A stretch of 64,000 bases of DNA, from assembly GCF_006345805.1 (NCBI RefSeq), contig NC_043013.1:29016001-29080000 (forward strand). Direction: 5' to 3'. The translations under genes and the position numbers were made by a program. Below, piece after piece: positions 38,301-48,800 of this stretch (position 1 is its first letter; the number at the start of each line of letters is the position of its first letter). The stretch is from Octopus sinensis (taxonomy: Eukaryota). Below the pieces are notes generated by a model. It was not told the origin of the DNA. It made no database searches and saw only the letters and a list, made by a program, of their open reading frames with translations.

Positions 38301-41300
38301 GGTCGGATGGTGTTTGTTACGTGCCCTCAGCACGGAGGCCAGTCGTTGCGGTACTGGCTACGATCACGTTCGGATGGTTTTCTTATGTGCCACCGGCACT
38401 GGTACCACACAATACAAATATATTTGATCATTCTATGTTATTTTGATTGGTTCGATTTGATTTGATTTGATTCGATTCGATTCTCACTTGCCTCAACAGG
38501 TCTTCACAAGTGTCACAAGAAGGAAGGTATGCACAGGTGGACTGACTACGTCCCAGGTAGGGGCCACGGATTATGGCTTCACTAGTCTTGCCGGGTCTTC
38601 TCACGCACAGCATACTTCCATAGGTCTCGGTCTCTAGTCATTTCCATGGTGAGACCTAACGTCCGAAGGTCGTGCTTCACCACTTCGTCCCAGGTTTTCC
38701 TGGGTCTACCTCTTCCACGGGTTCCCTCAACTGCTAGGGATTGGCACTTTCTCACACACTATCTTCATCCATTCTCGCCACATGACCATACCAGCGCAAT
38801 CGTCTCTCTTGCACACAACAACTGATGCTTCTTAGGTACAACATTTCTCTCAAGGTACTAACGCTCTGTCGAGTAAGTACACTGACATTACACATCCATC
38901 GGAGCATACTGGCTTCGTTCCTCACAAGCTTACGCATGTCCTCAGCAGTCACGGCCCATGTTTCACTGCCATGTAGCATAGCTGTTCGTACACATGCATC
39001 ATACAGTCTGCCTTTTACTCTGAGTGAGAGGCCTTTAGTCACCAGCAGAGGTAAGAGCTCCCTAAACTTTGCCCAGGCTATTCTTATTCTAGCAGTTACA
39101 CTTTCAGCGCACCCGCCCCCCACTACTGACTTGGTCACCTAGATAGCGGAAGCTATCAACTACTTCTAGTTTTTTCCCCGGAAAGTGACGGAAGTTGTTT
39201 TCTGCAGATTTTCGGAGGTCAATGCTCCAGAGCATCTGCCACATACAAAAACTATCTTCCCAGTTAGCCTACCTTTGACATTGCTGCACCTCTTATGTGT
39301 CCATAGCTTACACTGGGTACATCTTATAGAGTTTCTACCTACACCTTTTCTACAGATCGAGCAGGGCCATCTTCCTGAGGATATTTGTGGATTTTCTAAC
39401 TTTCTACTTATTAGTACTTTGGTTTTAGCTAGGTTGACTCTAAGGCCCCTCGATTCTAAACCCTCCTTCCCACCTGGAACTTCTCCTCCAGTTCTGATAG
39501 TGACTCAGCGATTAGAGCGAGGTCGTCAGCATAGAGGAGCTCCCAGGGGCAACCTGTCTTGAATTCCTCCACAATTGCCTGGAGGACTATGATAAATAGG
39601 AGGGGGCTGAGTACTGAACCCTGGTGGACCCCAACCTCTACCTTGAATTCTTCTGTGTACATGCTGCCAACTCTAACCTTACTTACGGCATCTCTGTACA
39701 TGGCTTGCACAGCCCTCACCAGCCATTCATCTATCCCTAGTTTCCTCATTGACCACCAGATGAGGGAACGGGGGACCTATCAAAGGCTTTCTCCATGTCA
39801 ACGAAAGCCAGGTACAGGGGCTTATCTTTGGCTAGGTATTTCTCCTGCAGCTGCCTTACCAGGAATATAGCATCAGTGGTGCTTTTCCCTGGGACAAACC
39901 CAAACTGCATCTCATCTAAAACTAACTCTCTCTCTAATTAGTTGGGCTATGACCCTCTCCGTAACCTTCATTACCTGATCCAACAGCTTGATACCTCTGT
40001 AATATTTGTATCCAGGGCATCACTTTACCTTTGTAGCAGTTGACTAGTATGCTGCTACACCAATCATTGGGTATGACTCCTTCGTGTATCACCTGGTTGA
40101 CTATACGGGTGACTAGGTTATAGCCGACACTGCCAGATATTTTGAGCATATCTGCAGTAATTCCTGATGGGCCTGGGGCTTTCCCTGTCTTCATGCTTCT
40201 AATTGCCTTAGCTACCACGGAACTATCAACTCGGATAGCTGGTCCCTCTGTTGGGTTATTTTACTAAATTCTTTGTTATATTTAAAATTAATTGAAAGAA
40301 ACACAGAGCGTCTCAAAATGAATACTGTAGCGAAAGGGTTAATGATAAAAAATAATAGGAGTTTTTAGACATGAAATGGCTATGAGATACCTCCTACCCC
40401 ATCCTGAGTAAAATAGGAATGAAAGGGGTCCCGAGGCAAAAAGTGGTTGAGAACCATTGATGTAAAGGCTCTTTGTTGGCTTGTGTGCCCATGGTGTGCT
40501 CCCACATACTAGTTAATTGTTTGGATCAGTTTAATCAAGAACCTCATCTGATTTCTGTCACTTCCATAAAATTTGGTGACCTTGTATCAATGGTAGGACA
40601 TCGCAACCACATTCATGATTATCATAGCCATCACCAACTCCATTATCAGTATCCACATTAGCAACATGTGGGTGAACAGAGGGACTGTTGTATGAACCAA
40701 ACTTTTTCTGTAATGGTTATTTAGCATATAATTCAGCTTTTAACATGTCGTTTATCTCTGCTTAATTACCTTAATTTCTAGTTATCCCTCTTGTTTGCCT
40801 ACCTTACATATACCTGTTTGTGTAATTAGCTAACCCTTTTTATCTATTGTCTCTATCAGTCTGCCTACCTATTTATCTCCCCTGTCACCTATCCACTTCT
40901 CTATTTATTGCTTCTTTCTCTTTCTCTATATCATGCCATTACAGAGCGCATCCTTGTGTAAATCCTAAAGGTATTAATTGAGTGGAAATGGTTTTAAAAG
41001 GAAAGAAAGCAATAAATTCAAACATGTTGCATTGCCACTTGTTATGACGACAATGATGATGTTGCCATTGTAGCTGCTTCAGCAGTTGTTGCCATTGTCA
41101 CCGTTGATGAGAGAATGGTATTTGTTACTAAAAGAGGTGACCATGGCTGGGACAGCAGTAAAACTACCAAACTAAAAACAAAAAGTCTATTTTGAGTTCT
41201 AAGCTTTGTATGTTTGTGGTTTGAGTTTCAATTCCAATTTCAATGGTTGTGTTGGTGGTGTTGTTTTGTGTTGGTGGTGGTCATGTTGTTGGCAGTGGTG

Positions 41301-41492
41301 TTGATGTTGGTGGTGGCGGGAGTGATGGTGTGGTGGTGGTGTTGGTAGCAGTGGTGATTGTGGTGGTGATGTTGTTTTTGACTTTACCCACCAGTCTCTG
41401 CCTTTGGTTTACAAAACTGTACCTGGTAAGATACTGTTGTTGAATCAGTCATGCATGTGCATAAGTACTTGCACACACACACACACACACTT

Positions 41493-41530
<38 letters not shown>

Positions 41531-44500
41531 CACAGACTCATGAACTCAAAAGAATCTCTAGAATATTGCATTTAGGATCTGAACTGTATTGCAAAAAAAA
41601 GCAAAACAAACAAACCCAAATCCGTTTTGAATATTGTTTCCATTAATACATCATTGTCATTGCTGTTATCTTGTCATTGTTATCACTGTCATCATCTTCA
41701 TCTTGTCATTGTCTGTCATCAGTTGTATGACTTTCCATCAAGTGATTTTTTCCCCCCATCTAATGGCTAATTAAGTGTTGTTTCATTGAACCAATTCTCA
41801 TCCAAACAAATTTATGGAAACGACTTTTTATATTGAAGAATTTTGTTAATATATTATTTTGGGAACCTGTGGGGAAGAGGTAGACCCAGGAAGACAGAGG
41901 ACGAGGTGGTGAAGCATGATCTTCGAACGTTGGGCCTCATGTAACTGACACCCATGCTGGTAGCATATAGAAATCACCCTTTGCCCTTTGGGCCTTACAG
42001 ACGTGATAGGTGACCGAGACCTTTGGTGATGTGCCAAGTGAAAATCATAGTTGTGGTCAATGTTGGTGTCACATAACTGGCACAAGTGCCAGTGGCACGT
42101 AAAAAGTACCCATTACACTCTTGGAATGGTAGGTATTAGGGGGTGGGTATCCAGTTGTAGAAACCATGCTGAATCAGATTGGAGCCTGATGCAGTTCTCC
42201 ATCTTACTAGTTTCAGTCAAACTGTCTGACCCATGCCAGCATGGAAAGTGGACGTTAAACAATGATGATGATGATTATTTTATCTTTTATCTTGTGTTTC
42301 AGTCATTCAAGTGTGGCCATGCTGGGGCTCCACCTTGAATGTTTAGTCAAACGAATCAGTCGCAGTACTTATTTTTCTTTTTCTTAACATCTGATGCATA
42401 TCCTATCATTCTCTTTAGCTGAAACTCAGTTATGAGGGGATATAAACAAACCAACACTGGTTGCTAAATGTTCGAAGGGGAACAAACACAAAGACACACA
42501 TACATATAACACATAATGGGCTTCTACACAGTTTCCACCTACCAAATACTCATTGGTTGGTCCAAGGCTATTGTAGAGGACACTTGCCTAAGGTGCTGTG
42601 CAGTGGGACTGAACCCAAGATCATGTGGTTGCAAAGCAAGCCTCTTAACCATACAACCATACTTTAGAGAATAATTTTTTCTTTGACAGTACTAACTTAG
42701 TGATTTGATAAAAGTTTTGGTGGTGTTATGAAATAAATACATTGTATAACCCTTCTATGTTTTTTTTATATATTTTTTTTTCTTGATTTGTATGTTTCAA
42801 AACGCTGGAGATTGCCATTCTGTACATACATAATGGGCTTTTTCCAGCTTTCATTTACCAAATGCATTCCCAAAGCTTTGCTCAGCCTGGGGCTATAGTA
42901 GAAGATGCTTGAAGAAAAGTTTGATAAAATGCCATCATCATCATCATCATTTAATGTCCGCTTTCCATGCTGGCATAGGTTGGATGGTTGGCCTGAGGGC
43001 TGGCAAGCCAGAAGGCTGCACCAGGCTCCAGTCTGATCTGGCAATGTTTCTACAGCTGGATGCCCTTCCTAATGCCAACCACTCTGAGAGTGTAGTGGGT
43101 GCTTTTATGTGCCACTGGCATGAGGGCCAGTCAGGTGGTTCTGGCAATGACCATGCTCCAAAAGGTGTTTTTTACATGCTACCTGCACGGGAGCCAGTCC
43201 GGCGGCACTGGCATTTGAAAAATGTCTGATGAAATGCCACATGAAAAAGTTTGTTTGATAAAATGTCATTTGATGAAAAGTTGTGCTGCTTTGTCATCTT
43301 GTCATTATCATCATCACCATTGCTGACATCTTATCATCATCACTATAGCTTTGTCTGTCACCACATCTATTTTCTCATTGTTATCACTGTCATTCATCAT
43401 CGTTATTACTGTTATCTTGTCATTGTCATCATTCGTCATGTCATTGTTATGATTGTCATCATCATCATCTTGTCACCATCATTATAATTGTTATCATCAT
43501 CTCTCTCATTTTGTTCTCATCACTATCATCTTGTTATTATCATTACTCCTATCTTGTCATCATCATCATCATCATCACTAGCATCGTTACCATCACTAGT
43601 ATCATCTCACTAGCATCATCTCAGTAGCATCATCATCATCACTAGCATCATCATCATTATCGTTGTCATCCTCCTCCTCATCATCATAATCATTGTCGTC
43701 GTCATCATCATCATTATCACTGTCATCATCATCATCATCGTCCCTGTTTTATCATTAATGCATGGTGCATTAAGACGCTAACCAGAGAAAATGATTTAGT
43801 GAGATTAAAACCATAATACTATTTTCATTTTTGCTGCAAGCACTGGGAACTGATTTTGTTATCTTTTTTCTTGCTTTCTAGGCTGTCCCCTTACCAGGTC
43901 CACATTCCAATGAAGTACTCAATACCCCCGTGGTCTCGAGACCACACAAAATTGTGGAAACTCTCAAATTGGAGAACGAGGACATAGAAATCCAAGTAGC
44001 AGATGAATCGTCAAGAAGCAGTGTGGTTCAGCAACAGCAGCAACAGCAACAACAACAACAGCAGCAGCAAGAGAGCGGTCAGTCCAGCCATGGAATGTCC
44101 ATGGGATCGCCTCCGGCTTCGGCCTCTGTCGCTGTTTCTGCAACGCATTCCATGCCTCAACCCACGTCGACCACGTCGGATGACGACGGGGTCATGTCAA
44201 CGACATCACAGCTTGCAGACAGTTCAGTGCAGTCAACGACGGAAGGCACCGCCGTCAGTAGTACAACTACTACTCTACCCACAGTCATGCACACTACTGC
44301 AGCTCCCATGTAAGTTCAAACCATGTGCTGGTGGTTGGTTGGTGGCTGGTCGCAAAGTGTGTCTACGTTTGTTGTTGTTGTCATCATTGTTCTTATAGTT
44401 CAGGTATAACTTTTGTCAGTGTCATTGGTGATCATCATCTTCACTTGTGAGACAGTTATCTTGGCTGGCATTGTGTGGCTGTCATTTGTATGATGCAGTT

Positions 44501-45826
44501 ACTGCAGTCATTTATCTGTCACCCGTCCTATGGTTGTTTGTCACTGGTATGGCTGTCAATTGAATGATAAATATGTGACATACAAGTCTGTCACTCGTCT
44601 CATGGTTGACACTGGTACGACAATCAATTGAATGTTAAATACGTGACACACAAGTCTGTCACTCGTCTCATAGTTGTTTGACACTTGTATGGCTGTCAAC
44701 TGAATGATAAATATGTGACACACAAGTCTGTCACTCATCTCATGGTTGACACTTCTATGGCTGTCAATTGAATGATAAATATGTGACACACAAGAAGTCT
44801 GTCACATACAAGTCTGTCACTCACAATTATGATGTTTGTTTGACTGTTACTTATGTGACATTTGTTTTAATTAATTTGTTTTCGTTTTCTTTTGTAGGTT
44901 GTCCCCCAATATTATCTCATCTGCTCAGTATACAATGCAAGTGTTCTTGCAGTTACCTACAGGACAAACTGTTCCTGTACAGATCCCTGCCACTATTACG
45001 AACTCTGCCATGCAGGTAGCCTCTATACCTGTCCCTGCCATCTCTCCCAAGTCCTCTACAGCAACTCCTATTTCAGTTGCTGCTGCTTCTGCTGTCGCCA
45101 CTACTTCCTCATCACCAGGGCTTAGTCAGCCATCATTAGCTAAGCAGGTAACACATTTACTTCTCTCTGTTTGGTTCTGGAAATAATTGCACCAATTAAA
45201 TTTTTTTAATCTTTGAGTTGATGGATTATTAATGAAATTATAATTTTTCAGGCTTTTGCTACCCCACCCTACAGCAGCACATTAGATTCTAGCAAGCGGA
45301 AACTGAAAGTTTTCAGTCCTATGTTGAAACTCTTATGAAACAATTCAGCTAACTGTGAATTAGACTGGGTACCCCAACCACAGAGGTACCCAGTCTAACT
45401 CTCAATTGGATGAATTATTGTGGGCCAAGAATATTTACATTTTGAATAAGTTCTCAGAGGAAACTTGAAGTCTCAACCGAAAGAAATTTTATGTATACAT
45501 ATAGGGTAAAGACACCATTCGGTCATGTATGACCATGAGAATGCACCTGGAAAATTACAAGTCTGGGCAAGGTTGTTTATGGAAGACCAGCAGTTGCCCA
45601 TGCATACCAGCCTTCCCTTTCCATGCCACCAATATTGCCCAAAGGAAAGGCAAAGGCTGACACAACTTGGCACCAATGATGAACTAGAACAATGTGAAAT
45701 AAAATGTCTTGCTTAAGAACACAACACACAGCTCAGTTTGGGAATCAAAGTCACTACCTCATGATTGTGAGCCCGATTCTCTAACCACTGAGCCATCTGC
45801 CTTCATACACACACACACACATGCAT

Positions 45827-45865
<39 letters not shown>

Positions 45866-48800
45866 TACACACACACACACATGTGTGTATATGTGTGTGT
45901 GTGTGTGCGTGTATGTGTATTTAATAGCAGTTTCACGCAGGAATTACATATCTTTTCTCATAACAGTTTGACTTGACTTCACATGACTTGAAGTTTCATG
46001 GGTGTGTAGGATGAACTCATCTCATCAGCTATAAGGAGAAGAGTGAGAGACTTGAGACAAATTCAGTATGGAATCTAGATGTTACATCTCTGTTGGTCAG
46101 CTCTGGTTATGTGATGTTAATGCTGTGAATGTTTGTCTCACCCTTGTTGATCATCCAGTCCCAATCGTAACCTAACACTATCAAATCTGGTTACTCCTAC
46201 ATTAAAAGCAAAAAAACAAAAAGAACTATTGCTGCTGATGTGTTGATACTCTACTGAAAGACGTCTGTGCTACTGACCTATGTCAACATCCCACACTACA
46301 ATGTGTGGTACCCAATGCAAGTAACTGATGTTGCTCAATACATTACACCTCAGTTTATCACCAAAGTGGCGTCAGCATCCTGCCAACATCCTTTCTGAGC
46401 ACGTAAGCTTAAAAATTAAGAAAATAGCTGGTGTCACACCATGGAACCTGAGCTGACCATTAGAGGCCTAACATTTAGCAGCCATCCTGAATTTGTTAGA
46501 AATCTCTCACTCTTCACCTTATATCTGATGAGATGGGTCTGTCCTACATGCCCATGAAACTTTAAGCCATTTGAAGTTAAATCAAACTGTTATTAGAAAA
46601 GATATGTAATGCCTGCCTAATTACATATTAGGGTTAGGGTGCGACTTTCTTTCGTTTCACAAACATGCACACACATAGTTAGATAGATAGGTGGGTAGGC
46701 AGATGTTATATACAGGGTGTCTGGAAAATTCTGCCCAATTTTTATTTTATTGTTTCATTGCTTCATTTGTAGTTATTATTCATCATTGTTCTATACAATA
46801 AAATTAATTGAAAAACCTACAATCTTTATCATCAGTTTTCAAAACAAGAACCAGGCAAAACTTTTTGGACATGCTGTATTGTTGCCATAACTACACATGG
46901 CTATTTTATAATTGTTTTATTGTTTGTTGTTGTTTTTACTTTATTATCATTTTCACTTTCCTCTAGAAATTGAAAGCTGCTTTACAAAGTAGTCAGAATG
47001 TCCCTCAAGACTTGACCACTTCCAACAACAGTCGGTTGGTGGATTCGGTCAACCATGTCAGTCAAATAGCATCACCGTCGCCGTCATCCATGTCCATCAT
47101 AACGGAGACAGCAAGTGTTACATCTGATGCTACAGTTTCATCACCAGAGAGTCTGGATGCCGCTATTATTGGTGGTAGTGGTGTTGTCATGTTAGTAACA
47201 CTTTTTATACTTACCTCCTGCATTTTTCATTCTTCTTTCTCCCCTTCCTTTTCCATCTTCTTTTTGTTGGCTTCTTTTTCTTCTTTCTCCTCTCTACCTC
47301 CTCCTCCATGTCAAATTCCTCTTCTTTCCCACCTTCTTATCATCTTCCTTACCTTTGTTCTTCTATTTGTTTTCTACATCAAATTTATCTATTTCTCCTT
47401 GTCACATCTTCTCTATTTTCTCTTCTTCTCATCCTCCCCTAATTTCTGCTCCTTCTTTTCTACTGTCCTTGTCTTCTTTCTTCTCCCTGTCCTTGTAATC
47501 TTGTTATTGCTTTTTTAAGAATTTTTCCTTCTTCTCAAACACCAATTCCATGTTTTTCTTTACCATTTACTTCCATATTTCTTTGTTCATTGATGCAAAC
47601 ATGAACTTTGAACTCTTAGACCATCTGCTGAAATTCCAGTATCTTATTTCCTCAATAATGCACATTAACAACTAAAATCCCCCTTCAATCACACCCTGCC
47701 ATTCAGTCAAAGCAAAGCACACTGTTTAATGTATTCTTAGACATGCTACTTTTATGGGACAGAGGTAATCAATACTAAATTAAAAACAGGTGATCGTGGC
47801 TTGATCACATGTCAGCTCAATCAATGTTAAATGTTAACAATAACTTAATACTACATTTCTTTGTCTTTGCCCTACATATCATCATCATCATCATCATGAT
47901 CATGTAATGTCCGTTGTCCGTGCTGGCATGCACACATGGTTGTATGGTTAAGCATCTGATTTTCAATCGTGTGGTCTCAGGTTCTGTTCTGCTGTGTAGC
48001 ACCTTAGCCAGGTGTCTTCTAATATAGCCCCAGGCTGACCAAAACCTTGTGAGTGGATTCAGTTGACAGAAACTGGAAAAAGCTCATTTCCAGTACAACC
48101 CATTTGGTTAGACTGGAAACACCAAGGGCTGTCTTCATGTCTGACTAGTAGGGAGACCTAGCTCACTTGGGTATCTCTCTTTCCAAGCAGTGACCACAGG
48201 AGAAGCTGAACTCTGCACTGTAAGCTATCTAAACACTTGTTGATTTTTATAGCTTTGCACCTGTTTCCAGCACGCTGTCTTATTTACTGCTAGGTGGACT
48301 GGGTCATTTAATAGCTACGTGTGTCTTGACCTGAAATAAAATCCCATGATTTCATCAAGTTTTGCTACCTAGCCAATGTAGTAATCTGATCCAGTGCAGG
48401 AGCCCCTACGCCAGGTATAGGCAACATGTTTTGAGATGTGGGCCACATGAGGCATGGCTCATTATTAGGCAGATCTGCTACTAAAAAGTTTCAAGGTAAT
48501 TCTTTTCATTAGACATGCCATTCAGAAAATCTTGCAGGCCATAGGTTGCTCATTACTGTTCTACACAATCACCTGACCTTCTAGAAATACCAGCCAAATC
48601 TCCTTCAACTCACTACAGTTCGTCTCTCTGAGCTTTCTTTACAACAGTGGAATTACCATTTTGGGATCATTTAAAATATCAACAGAAATGCAAAAAAAAA
48701 AAAAAAATTCTTCTGAAATATGCTTGTTATATTATTTGTCTCTGTTTTCTACTTTCATAGTAAGAGACCGAAAAGGTCAGGAGAAGACGACCCTGATGAA

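Noticed and set aside
38600-40255. Active LINE or programmed frameshifts
   Set aside because: 5'-truncated with no endonuclease and several scattered indels, consistent with decay or sequencing error.
43883-43898. Alternative acceptor (ttaccag) 17 nt into exon 4
   Set aside because: Out of frame with exon 3.
47191-47518. Hydrophobic, transmembrane-like extension of the 182-aa ORF
   Set aside because: Read-through into a pyrimidine-rich intron, which naturally lacks stops and encodes F/L/S; a phase-correct donor exists at 47191.
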